Assembly: GCA_009103225.1 (NCBI GenBank)
Contig: RHPI01000863.1
Span: 63,892 to 120,801 of the forward strand
Length of the DNA: 56,910 nucleotides
From: Chlorokybus atmophyticus
Taxonomy: Eukaryota; Plantae; Mesostigma and Chlorokybus algae
Reading direction: 5' to 3'
The position numbers and the translations under genes were made by a program. The notes below the pieces were generated by a model that saw nothing but the letters and a program-made list of their open reading frames with translations, did not search any database and was not told the DNA's origin. Numbering within the stretch: the stretch's first letter is position 1; each line of letters begins with the position of its first letter. Below, one piece after another: positions 1-11,612 of this stretch.

Positions 1-33
1 AAGGCACCACCACCAACACCAGGAGCGAACACT

Positions 34-3000
34 GTGTGGTCAGAGCATTCAGCAGAAGCACACTCTTTGCTTGTGTTGAACAGCAAACCGCATCACTTTC
101 CCATGCTCACTGCATGTGAAGATGGTAGACAAGCTTGGGAAAAGCTATCAGCCGTTTTCAGAGCCAAGAACAATGCCAGAAAGTTGCATCTACGCAAGCA
201 GCTCAGCGCACTCAGGAAGGAGGCAGCAGAACCCATCACAAAGTATGTTGCGCGCGCGAGAGAGCTGTGGGCGGACCTCATCAACGTCGGCCACAACATG
301 GGGGAGACGGAGGTAGTGCTGGCCATTGTTGCAGGGCTACCAGCAGACTACGAGGTCGTCGCAACCCTGCTGGAGACGTCATCATCGGAGTTGACGTTGG
401 ACGATGTGCTACTGAAGCTGCTCACCGTGGAGCATAGGGTTGTGAAGAAGGACGAGCAAGCGGATGCCGTCGTCTTCTACACCGGCAAGCACGCAAAGAA
501 GAGCAACCATGAAGAGAAGTACAAGGGCAACAAGCCAGGCAATTCTCGTCACAAAGACCTCACATGCCACTGGTGTGGTTGGAAGGGGCACATTGTGAAG
601 GACTGTAGGAAGAAACAACAGGGGCAACCTAGAGCAAGCACCAGCAACAGCGGCAACGAGCACCAACACAAGGAGAAACATGTCGCCTTCACTGCATCCA
701 GTTCGAGGGCGGGCACAGCTTTCTGGGTGGTGGACTCTGGCTGCGATCGTCATCTCACACCAAACAAGGAGGTGATGGAGGGCTACAGGAAGCTGACGTC
801 CACAATCAAGGTGGCGGGCTTCGGTGGCGAAGTACTGGTGGCTGAGGGAGTTGGCGACGTACGACTCCAGTGCAAGGTTGGTAACACACTACGCGAGGTG
901 TTGTTACGCAACGTCCTGCATGTTCCTAAGGCTATTGCGAGTCTATTCTCTGTGAGGGTTGCGGAGCGCTTAGGCGCGGAGATCCTATTTCGGAAGGGTG
1001 GCTGCTCAGTCATCCTTGATGGGGTCGTGCACATGGTTGGAATCACTGATCCGGGAGGGCTCTACCACGTGGAGCAGCACCCTCAGGACATTGACATTCA
1101 AGCCATGATGGTGAAGGACAAGGAGTCGCCAACATTGTGGCATCGAAGGTTCGGGCATCTCAGCTACGTCAACCTCACTCGCCTTGTCATTAAGAAGATG
1201 GTCAAGGGCATCCATCTCAGCACAGAACTCAAGAATGCATCAGGTGCACTTTGTGAACCATGTCTGGTTGCAAAGCAGCATGCTATGCCATTCCCATCAT
1301 CCTCTTCGAGCAGTCAGCATCCTTGCGAGCTTGTGCACATGGATGTCTGTGGCCCTATGCGCATTGTGGCGAAGGGAGGGGCTAGGTACTTTGCTACGTT
1401 CCTCGACGACTACAGCAAGCTGCCCATCATCTTTCCATTGCCGCTCAAGTCAGAAGTTGCTGGAGCTGTGCGCACAGTCGTGGCCTTGTTGGAGACCCAG
1501 TCTGGCAACAAGATGAAGGCAATGAGGAGTGATCGAGGAGGGGAGTACATCAACAAGGAGTTGAAGGAGTTCTTCGCCAGCAAGGGCATACGCCACGAGA
1601 CAACGGCACCCTACACCCCGCAGCAGAATGGAGCAGCTGAACGCCTCAACAGGACACTCTTGGAGCGTGTTCGAGCCATGCTCAGCGACACAAAGATGGA
1701 AGACAGTTTGTGGAAGGAGGCGGTACTCACTGCCAACTACATCCGCAACAGGTCTCCGGTGAGCTCAGAGCAGAAGACTCCGTGGGAGCACTTCTATGGA
1801 GCCACACCAGATGTGAGTGGTATGCGTGTGTTTGGATGCACGGCATATGCACTAGTGCCTAAACAGCTCAGGCACAAGCTGGAGCCGGTCAGCAAGAAGG
1901 GCATCTTCGTTGGCTATGAACCGGGTTCCAAGGCTTACAGGATCTTGCTCGAGGACACTCAGAAGATCATTGTGAGCGGAGAGGTGGTTTTCCACGAGGG
2001 ATTATCACAACCAGAAGCAGGCTTCTTTCCTGAAGATGAAGCACAGCCGGAGCATCCTGAAACAGTGGAGGCTACAGGCAAGGCCATCATCGACGATAAG
2101 GGTGAGCAGGACTCCGTTGTAGCAGACAAGCAGTCGCACCTGCAGCAGGAGCACGCAGCTTGGAGATACCCAATGAGGGAGAGAAAGGCACCTGACTTCT
2201 TACACAAGGCACACGTCGCCAGTGTGCACAATGAGGAGCCAAGCACCTACGAGGAGGCATTGTTAGCACCAGATGCGGAGCAATGGCAGCGTGCTATGGA
2301 CGAGGAGATTGCGTCACTCCATGCCAACAACACTTGGTCACTGGAGCAGTTACCGCAAGGAGTGAAGACCATTCCAGTGAAATGGGTCTTCAAGGTGAAG
2401 CGTGATGGTCAGGGCAACATTGAGCGCTACAAGGCAAGACTGGTGGCAAAGGGCTTCTTGCAGCAGGAAGGTGTGGACTTCAACGAAGTGTTTGCACCTG
2501 CAAGTAAGCATACCACCTTCCGTGCACTGCTAGCTGTGGTTGCCGCTGAGGACCTCAAGCTGCATCACCTGGATGTGAAGACTGCCTTCCTCTACGGAGA
2601 GCTGGAGGAGGAGATCTTCATCGAGCAACCACCTGGATATGAAGAAGGGGAGAGAGGCACAGCGTGCAAGCTGATCAAGGCACTATACGGGCTGCGACAG
2701 GCACCGCGTATGTGGCACATCAAGCTCAGCAAGGAGCTGGAGGCACTTGGCTTCACCGCATCCTCTGCAGACCCTGGGCTCTTCATCCATGCAGACAACA
2801 AGGTCTGGCTGCTCGTGTATGTGGATGATATAATCATCACCGCCTGGCAGGTGCACCACCTGCAGGAGACGAAACTTGCTCTACAGCAAGCATTCTCAGT
2901 TCGTGATCTTGGAGAGGCCAAGTGGTTCCTTGGCATGGTGATTGAGCGCGACAGGGCGGCTCGCACAATCAAGATTAGTCAGGAGCAGATGGTGAGAAGA

Positions 3001-3767
3001 CTCGTCACCAAGTTTGGGCTCACTGAAGCGAAGACCAAGACCACACCGTTGGCACTTGGCACTGCCCTCATCAAGGCAAAGGATGAGGAGGTACTCGACA
3101 AGGCTCAGTATCCATATGGTGAGCTGGTAGGCAGCATGCTCTATCTGGCAGTGTGCACACGTCCCGATGTTGCACATGCTGTGGGAGTACTTGCTCGCTA
3201 CATGTCTGCACCGAGCATGGAGCACTGGAGAGCAGCAAAGGGAGTACTACGCTATGTTGCTGGGAGCGCAACAGTTGGCATTAAGTTTGGGAGCGGGAGC
3301 ACTGAGTTGGAGGGCTACTGCGACTCGGACTTTGCTGGTGACCTCAACAGCAGGAGGTCCACTACAGGCTACGTCTTCAAGCTGAACGGAGGCGTGGTGA
3401 GCTGGAACAGCAGGCTGCAGCCAACAACAGCAGCATCTACATCAGAGGCTGAGTACATGGCAGCGGCAGCAGCAGTGGAGGAGGCACTCTGGCTTCGCAA
3501 GCTCATGGCAGACTGGAGCACCCCATGGCGTGCATCGTCATCAACTGTGACAACCAAGGAGCCATCAAGTTGTTGAAGCACCCTATCGCCTCGGCAAGGA
3601 CGAAGCACATTGATGTTATGCATCACTTTGTGCGTGACAGAGTTACAAGGAAGGAGGTGGAGTTCCAGTACTGCAACACTGAGGGCATGCTGGCGGACTT
3701 CATGACAAAGCCATTGTCACCACTCAAGTTCAAGACCTGTTGTGCAGGACTTGGCATCTGTGTTTGA
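34..3767 (+). CDS. Copia gag-pol polyprotein, near intact, with one frameshift in RNase H at ~3530
   Basis: Zn knuckle CHWCGWKGHIVKDC; protease WVVDSGC; integrase HRRFGH...CEPC, VHMDVCG, RSDRGGEY, NGAAERLNRTL; RT YVDDII; RNase H YCDSDFAGD...STTGY...AEYMA, continuing in ORF 3525..3767 (CDNQGAI...RTKHIDV...LADFMTKPL). Confidence 0.95.
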
Positions 3768-3809
3768 CTACAGGAGCAAGCGTTGGAGGTCAAGCTGCTC
3801 GCGTGGGAG

Positions 3810-4233
3810 TGTTGAGAGTATTCCTACATACGATCAGCATCGACCCTCCACACAGGAGTAGAAGGTCGTAAGGACGAGCACTAGGTCCGGACTTAGCAAG
3901 ATGGCATCGTCGGACTAGACTCCGGACTCCAGACTGGAGCCTTACTAACTGCTTTGTATCTCCGCGTATACTTACTCATATTAGGGGTGTAAGAGCTTGT
4001 TGGAAAGCTCTGGTTGTAAGAAAGACAACACAGCTTAGAGCGCGTCAAAAGGCTGAGTATAGCTTACGCAGTGCTTGCAAACGTAGACGTGTGTGTAACT
4101 GGCTGGTATAAGAACCAGCGGACAACTTGTAATAGATGAATGTGATGTGACCTGTGTATGCTCTGGTGGCGGTAGCTCTGTCTCTGTGTGTCTATGCTTG
4201 CCTCAACTACATGTGCATGCTAGTCCTTCAACA
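3810..4233 (+). repeat. 3' LTR of the copia element (424 bp)
   Basis: Starts TGTTG at 3810 right after the purine tract and ends CAACA at 4233. Shares blocks (GGACTTAGCAAGATGG, GGAAAGCTCTGG, AAAAGGCTGAGTAT, GTAGACGTGTGT) with the solo LTR at 15511-15935. Confidence 0.88.
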
Positions 4234-4240
4234 CTGTTAC

Positions 4241-4573
4241 CTTGATGGCTTGCTGGTATTGAAGCCCCATAGCCTTGCACACATCCTGGTCCTCCCTACC
4301 GCCCCGGTTGTTGATCATGCGCACGCATCGGCACACCTGCGTGTTGAAGTGCTGTCCGATTTTGGTGGGCTTGGTCTCTCCCCCAGTTGGTTGACCCCTT
4401 GCATCACGGTGACCAGCTTGCACATTGCACATGCAGAACGGGCAGCCCCAAATAAACGGCGCCCCTGTGGACGCCCGCCTTCGTTCCATGATGTCCAACT
4501 GCCTGGCAATCCTTCTCCTAGCGACTGTCTTGTACAACTCCTCACAGCTCCGCACACCTCTCCTCGCTTCACC
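4241..4573 (-). CDS. Internal exon (111 codons) of an unknown Cys/His-containing protein; the copia element is inserted in the following intron
   Basis: Stop-free phase-0 exon bounded by GCAG| and |GTAACA. Encodes GEARRGVRSCEELYK...WGCPFCMCNVQAGH...IGQHFNTQVCRC...QQAIK. Confidence 0.6.
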
Positions 4574-5236
4574 CTGCGCCTTGAGCTACACCCATAACCA
4601 CAACCACAACCACCATAACCACAACAATAGCAAAGTATACTAGCGAGACCATGCAACGGCTATGTACGCCGCCAACCTCCCGTCCAATCTATGATGTCCC
4701 ATCAATGACAGCCGCCAAGTTGGTGAGTCCCTAGCCCTAACACTGCTAACCCTTGACAGCCGCCTTGTAAATTCAACGCAATTTGTTGCTAGCAGTGCGT
4801 TTGGCGTCGATTCGACGTGGCGTCGATTCGACGACAATAAATGACAACCCCCAGATATAAGGTGAGTCTAGGGATTGACAGCCGCGTCGCTAGCTTTGTG
4901 AGTTCCATTAACTGTGTCGCACTGCATTTGGCACTGCACAATTGCGGCTTGTGCGGCGGTCACAATGCTTGTGCGGCTCGTGCGACTGTCCATATGGAAC
5001 ACAATGGGACTTGACAGTCCTAGTGAGTGAGTAGTGAGTTCGCTTGCGAGTTTGCATGCGCCCTGGTTGTGTGTTGCTTGAAAAATTGCACTAGTCGTTT
5101 GTGGTTTGCTGCTTGAGCTGTCAGCGCTTACCTGAAAGGTGTTTTGCTTTGAAGCTTGCATGCCTTGTTGATTGTGCGCTGAGTCACTGTCTGTGCACTA
5201 AGTTCGGTTGCTTGTTCAGGCTGTTCAGCTGACATT

Positions 5237-7660
5237 ATGGCTACTGGGGAGGGCAGCCAACTGCCTGCTGCAGCTGATTGCTTCAGGGCCAAGGGCAACC
5301 ATTTGCTGGGCCAGGTGACAGGCCAGCAGTTCTTGATGAAGGAGGAGTACAAGCATATGCGCACAACGCTGATGGTCGACCTGGAGAAGCTGAAGAAGAA
5401 GATGTTAAGCAAGTGGCCACTACCTCAAGGTATGAAGGGCAAGGACTTCAAGATGAATGCCGAGCACCGGCAGGAGCTCGACGAAGTATGCGAGGCGGTC
5501 TTGCAGCAGTCACTTCCACTGGTCTTTGACGCAAACCACACGCTCACGTGGACAAAAGGTGAGCTGCTTTCTTGGTGATATCTGCTGTTTGACAGAAACT
5601 TGAATTCAGCTGTGTTGAAGTGAGCTTTCAAGCATGTCGTTCAGCTTTCAGTTCACTCACTGTCTGCTTAGCTGTCTTGCCGTAAACAGTCCTTGCCCTG
5701 GTTGCTGTGTTTGTGCTTGTTGATTCATTGACCAGTTGCGATATGCTGTCTTTGAGGCTGTCTTCTGCTAGATGCCATCTTCCAACAGCTGAAAATGCTG
5801 TATTAGAGCTGTCTTGCCGTTGACAGTCTTTGCCGTTGGTACTTTGCTGTACTCTTATCTGCTTGTGTTGCAGCACAAATCAAGCAGCATGTACTGGTGC
5901 TGCAGTACTCCGTTGGCGCGAAGCGCGGCAGTGGTACCGGGAAGAGCGTCCAAGAACGCAATGAGGCCAAGAAGCAAAGGCGTGGCAGCGACAGAGAAGC
6001 TGCACAAGGCAGCCGCGCTGCTCAAGCTGGAGCTGGCTGGGGCACGACATTTTGTCTGGGGAGGGACATGAGGGCCAACCAGCAGGTGGTCATGCTTGCG
6101 CCTTTAACCGCTCTTCCTCTCACAAACGCTTAGTACCGGGCCACTTGGCTAAAAGAGAGGTAAGCAACCATGGTGCTGTCGGTAGACTGTCGGTCCTGTT
6201 GTACTGTTTTGCTGAGCTGCTGCCTCCATGCATACTGGCTTAACACATGGTGCCTGCTACTCTGAATGCTACTCTGCGTGTCACGACAGGGGTGCGGACG
6301 GATTTGCTGAAGATCAGGTGTTCGACATTTGCAACAACGCAGTAGTTGTTGGCGTCGCCACCATCGATTCCGTATGCGAGCCAGACCAACCAATGCACAC
6401 GTATCTAGTCTCTGTTAACCACTGGATGGCAATGAGAAGTGAGGATGGCAACCTTGCCGTTCAACTACCTGTGAAAGAAAGGCATTTTCTCTATGGCACG
6501 CCGACAAGCAGCTGCCATGGTGGGCGTACTCTGGAGGTACATTGCTTGCTGTGGATATGCACATGCTCCTGCTGTGACTGTATGGTGTAGTGTATGAGCA
6601 TTTCTTGTGTTAAACACAACAACATGCAGGGCAGGGAGATGGAGTGGCCCATGATGTTCTTGGCCAGCGGAGGCATCTGCCCCTGTGAGGCATGCGCTAA
6701 CGATGAGCGCATTGCGGTGCCGGGTTGCATCAAGGACCGGCTGCCTACGCCCGCAGCCAGGCACAGCACAGACACAGAGGTTAATAAGGGCTGTTGTTAG
6801 GCTGCTGTCACATGATGAACAGTCGCCAATGCAGCCATTGATCACGCCTTGACAGTCGCAAAGTGCATTACATGTTGCAGTTCTTGACAGTCATCAACGC
6901 ACTGCAGACTGTCAATGGTATTGACAGTCGCCAATGGACTGCACTGACCACTCTGGGTCCTAGGCAGGTTGCTGGGGCGATCTCTGACTGTGAAGATGAA
7001 GAAGCCGCCGCCATGGACTTGCGAACTGCAGCGGGGATCGTGTGCAACACCAAGCCCAACGCCCCCACCAGAGAGGAGGCAATGGACATGTATGAGTACT
7101 ACCACCACATCGAGCACACGCTGTTCCACAATGGTCACCAGCTGGCATTCAAGGACCCCGACCGAATGGAGCGTGTGCCAGACGAGCTGATCTTGAGAGC
7201 CATTGTCAGCTTTGCTGCCAGGAAAAAGTGGTTGGTGTCCAACAAAGATGTTGAAGGAGGGTGCGAGTGGGGATCCAATCGCAAACTACCAGGTATGCAT
7301 ACTTCACTGCAGCAAGTTAACGACAGTCCTTTGCTGGTTTTCAAGAGTGATGATTTGGTACAATGCAGGGCTTTTGAGCGAGGCAAAGAAGAGAAAGCCA
7401 TTCCGACCCAAGAGGCAGTGGACGCGACAGCCCTCGTCATCCTCCTAGGTGGGTGGTTTCCTGTGCTATGGTCAAGTTACTGTTTGTGTAAGCACGTGAC
7501 AGTACAGTTGTTGTGCAGAGCTCAACAAGCACTCGCTGAGTGTTTGCAAGAGATGCTGTTGAGCAAGGCTGTCGCGGGTGTCTTCACATTGGGGCTGAAT
7601 CAACCAGGGAGAGCACAAGTCTGGCTTCCAGGCGAAGGTGCTGGCAACACAAGAGACTGA
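5237..7660 (+). CDS. Multi-exon (~7 exons) hypothetical protein, possibly TE-associated
   Basis: Protein-like blocks at 5237-5558, ~5870-6080, ~6230-6535, ~6630-6780, ~6965-7292, ~7367-7450 and ~7520-7660, most bounded by AG/GT and separated by T-rich introns. Contains CPCEAC...PGC. No family recognised; exact splicing uncertain. Confidence 0.55.
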
Positions 7661-7849
7661 TGTTGTTAGCTGCTCCTGTTACCTCCTGTAACCGCAGCTT
7701 GAAGTGCATGTAGGAGACTGTAGCTACAGTCTCACTGGCTTGACACTGATGGGCTGTCGTTTGACAGTCCATTACAGCATTTTTGTGAATTGCATGCGTG
7801 TCGGATTGTATGCACCGGGCACGGTGCAGGCACCAGTGCCAAGATCATG

Positions 7850-8512
7850 CATGGATTCAATGGCTGTGACATCATGACAGACCATGCATGGTGCGATTGT
7901 CAATAAGACCATGTGGTGCGTTGTCTGTTAGGACCAGACATGGTGCCGCTTGTGGACCATGCATGGCTTCAATGGCTGTGACATCATGATAGACCATGCA
8001 TGGTGCGACTGTCAATCAGACCATGTATGGTGCGTTGTCTGTTAGGACCATGCATGGTACCGCTTGTGGACCACATATGCACAACAAAGTCCGTATCCAT
8101 GGACCGTGCATGGTGCGACTGTCGATCAGACTGGCACCATAAATGGTCCACTGAGCCAGGAGGGCAGCGCACCATGCATGGTCTGAAATATGTCAGTTTA
8201 AAATAAGACTTGCCGGTCCGTATCCATGGACCGTACATGGTGCGACTGTCGATCACCAGACATGTGGAAGTAACAAACCATGCCTGGTCTTCTGCGCCAG
8301 GGGGCATTGCACCATACATGGTCCTTGCAAACTCATACAAACAGGTCACCATACATGGTGCGACCCCAAAAAAACATGGGACCGTTCACGTGAGGTTTGG
8401 ACCATGCATGGTCCGACTGTCATTGACAGTCCGACCATATATGGTCCACTAATTTCACTTAGCAGGGGAAAAAAAAAAAATCCCGGTCCAGAGGTACGGA
8501 CCATTCATGGTC
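7850..8512. repeat. Array of ~17-19 palindromic 12-mers, consensus ACCATGCATGGT
   Basis: Read directly: GACCATGCATGGTG, CACCATACATGGTC, GACCATATATGGTC, GACCATTCATGGTC, etc. A higher-order ~110-bp duplication spans ~7851-8070. Confidence 0.9.
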
Positions 8513-8528
8513 CTTTGACGTCAATCGG

Positions 8529-9248
8529 TGTGGTGGGCCTGCTCATACAGCTGATGCAATAGTGAAAATGTATAAAGGGTAGAATGTTCGTGCTCTCTTA
8601 ACGCTGCTACCACTCGACACACTAGTGCTTGTGCGCACTATGCGATGACGGTGATAAGATTTCCAAAAAATGTATGCAACTGCAAGCTGCACTTCTAATG
8701 CACACAATGCAACCACACTCACTTAAGCAAAGAGGGTGACACTGTAAGTCAACAAGCCACTACTATAGGTAGCACTGTTTACACGGTTATTTGCAGTAGA
8801 AATGTCCTACACTGTTAAGTAAGGTGAATGAGCAAGCAACACGTGGTTGCTATGTCTTGACTGATGCCAATAAGCACACCACAACCAAGCACATCAAGAT
8901 TCATAGCAATGACAAGCACAGTGCATAAGAGCATGCACAGGCTCTCACACGGTGAGGGGTTTATTAAAAACCGAGACGGCGAGTTCGTAGTTAAAGTTGT
9001 TTCACAAGCTCTTGGCTTTCTTAGCTTTCTCACTGACAGTGTCACCAGCTGGTTTGGTGAACACCGCAACTACTTGTACATGTCAAATAATGACTGTCCC
9101 GAACCTAAGCTAACGATCATCGAGGCTATTTCTTTAAAAACCTCCTACCTAGTGTAGATCACAACTTACAACCGAACTCACAACTACGCGCGGTGTATGG
9201 AGTATATGCCATAACCTTCTAGTGGTTATGAGCTAGTCTACAGTCACA
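8529..9248 (-). repeat. LTR-like direct repeat, copy 1
   Basis: Aligns by eye with 20880-21617 (shared GTGGGCCTGCTCATACAGCTG, GGGTGACACTGT.AGTCAACAAGCCACTACTATAGGTAG, AAGTTGTTTCACAAGCTCTT, CATCGAGGCTATTTC). Ends TGTG...CACA; weaker similarity continues to ~9365. Confidence 0.7.
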
Positions 9249-10232
9249 ACCTAGCTAATGGGCAGTGATGTGCGCAGGCCGGTATGCTGATAGGTCGGGA
9301 GAGGGTCCTTAACATAAGCATGCTCGATGAAGGCTGGCATGCAAGGACAATGGGCATGACAGCCCGCTCAACAGCTGGAGTTTAAGCCTTCCCCACTGGA
9401 CCCATTAGAGCCACAACGCCGCTCAATGCAAGACCTTGTAATGGCAACATCAGCCATGCCGCTGGGCACCATCCCAGCACTTTAAGTTCTTGTTGAAGGC
9501 AGCCGTCAGCAGCGGTTCTCTGCTTTTTAACAAGAACATCGCTGGAAGCTGGATATGGCGGCGCAAATTGACACGAGATTCCAAGCGTATGCAGCCATGC
9601 CAATTGCAGGGGCGTCCACCGTCGCCGGTACCATCACTGCACTTGCATAGATACACCATCGGCGTCCACAGCGCCGAAGGGGCAACCAACTGTTACTGAT
9701 CAAGCGAGGGCGTTGGCACAACAATAGAGGGGGGTAATTGCCCCGATGCTGCCTCCTTTGATTGAGGATATGCCCGAAGATCAGCGAGATGTAGGGCAGG
9801 GCTACTTCACTCCGCAAGAGAACAATACACAGCGAGGCGGAGCTGGTATGGTAGGAGAGCAACAACTCCGTACTACGCGTCGTAGGTCCGCCCTTATATA
9901 AGAAGCAGTCATGCTGCACAGGCCCGAGAAAAGTGCACTGAGGCGGTGTTGGGGATGCAAGAAAGCAGCGCGACTCAAGCACGACTAGTGACTTGGCTTG
10001 TTGCCAACCACCCCGCTGTACCCAATATTGCCTTTGGCAACAGAGCATCATCGTTGAGGGTCTTTATTTGCTCAGTGCAACAAGCACATGATGAAGCTGC
10101 TACCACAGCTCCGACCACGCTGGAGGGGAGTGCAGGAGGCAATGCTGCGGCTGTAAGGAATAAAAGTAGCACACACATTAGCCTAATCTTCAACGCACCT
10201 ATTGAGCACGTGCCATGACAGTGCTCGATGAG

Positions 10233-11153
10233 TCGAGCACTGTCATCGAGCGTGGAAAAAGGCAGATGGGATGCCTACATGGCAGGAATCCCGAGGGTCC
10301 CCACCATCACCCATGATATGCGGCGACAGCTGCTGCGTGCTGCATATCTGCAGCCCATGTCGCAGTATCACCATTGGCCCAATGTAAACACCGAGCCCAC
10401 GGCCACATGGGAAAGAACATTGGTCAGGAAGGTAGCTCACGCTGTCCGATGGACTTGTATGTGAAACCAGCTGCACGTGAGGCGGGCCCACAAACACCGG
10501 GTTCTTCAGGTTTCCCTCCACCACCACTAGTGACACCTGCAGGCATACCCCCCGCTTTACGGAGGCGGCATTCACCACTACCTCCAGCTCAAGCAGCACT
10601 AGAACCCTCAATACCAAGACCTCCCCGCATCTACTAGCCACCCGACAAGGCATATTTGGCAGAGGGAGAGGGCAGGAAGGAGGTCCTCCGGACCCAGCAG
10701 GCAGAGGAGCTTTGGCTACTATGCGCTCAGCACTCTTAGCCAAGAGAGCCGAGGCACTGATGACAGCAGCCCGCACAAAGAGGCAGGCATCAACGCCAAT
10801 GCGGCCATAATCGCCAACCAAAGCAAGCATGTCACAATCATTGGCTTGTCACCCAAGCGGGTGATGCTGAACAGCGGAGCACAACCTGTCATCATTGGGC
10901 GTTTCCTCGCTCGATCCCTGGGCATCACCAGCGCGGACCTGGTGGCCTGCCCGTATCTGTTGAATACTGCCACCGGCAGTTGCGATAGGGTGATGGGAGT
11001 CACCAAGGAGTCTCTTTGCATCCGGTTAACAAGGCTAGACCCAATTCTCACCACTGAGATCACGCAGCAATCTGTGGTCATCAACGCCGGCTCCTTCGAT
11101 TGGTGTGCTTGGGCAAGACTTCAACTTCTTTGTGAGCATGGGCCTTGATTGCT
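10233..11153 (+). mobile_element. Inverted fragment of a related gypsy copy (pre-protease domain plus aspartic protease)
   Basis: GRWDAYMAGIPRVPTI... matches GRWDAYMAGILRVPTI... at 17130-17564 (-). Protease-like VMLNSGAQPVIIG...LNTATG matches 16700-16940 (-). Confidence 0.8.
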
Positions 11154-11464
11154 ATGCAAAGTGTCGGGTCGGGGGAAGTCGAGGGTCGCACTGTCTCGGG
11201 CCGCTGCAGGGAAAGTCATGCGTGCTGGTCCTGGTGCTGCAGCATGTTATAACTTGTGGCAAAAGTACAAGATAACCGAGCTTGTATGGCGAGCAGTGCT
11301 TGGTGGAGCTGCTCCACTGCTGCTGAACACAGACATGTGGAGCGATGTCTTCCTTAGTATACATGCTGTGCTGTAGGACACAAAGTCAACAAGCCACCCC
11401 CCCTGAGCTTCTGGGGAGGTTCTAGCTTTATGCTTAGCTGCTAACGCAGTTGAGGAGGGCCGTT

Positions 11465-11612
11465 GGTGCGGCAATCGTCGCACCAGTACTCCTCCATGGG
11501 TATTGCGTCCAATGGGGGCTACAGACAGTAGCAATGCAGGCCCTTGTCACAGCCATCGCAGAGCATCATAATTGCGTCATCGCCAGCGTTGCCGCAGCGT
11601 TCACAGCATGTG
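11465..11612 (-). pseudogene. PHD finger at the C-terminus of the gypsy integrase
   Basis: CERCGNAGDDAIMMLCDGCDKGLHCYCL*PPLDAIPMEEYWCDDC is a complete C4HC3 pattern with one in-frame stop. Confidence 0.9.

Larger units (their letters stand above)
1..4233 (+). mobile_element. Ty1/copia LTR retrotransposon; 5' LTR and start of gag lie outside the window
   Basis: Copia domain order gag-AP-IN-RT-RH in ORF 34..3576, followed by a purine-rich GCGTGGGAG and a TGTTG...CAACA LTR. Confidence 0.97.

Noticed and set aside
4728-4765. CCCTAG/CCCTAA/CTAACCC telomere-like words
   Set aside because: Only two or three degenerate units; not distinguishable from chance.
7984-8452. ORFs over the ACCATGCATGGT array, and the array as a CRISPR
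   Set aside because: The ORFs arise from ATG-rich repeats. The repeats are 12 bp with irregular, partly duplicated spacers, there are no cas genes, and the context is eukaryotic.
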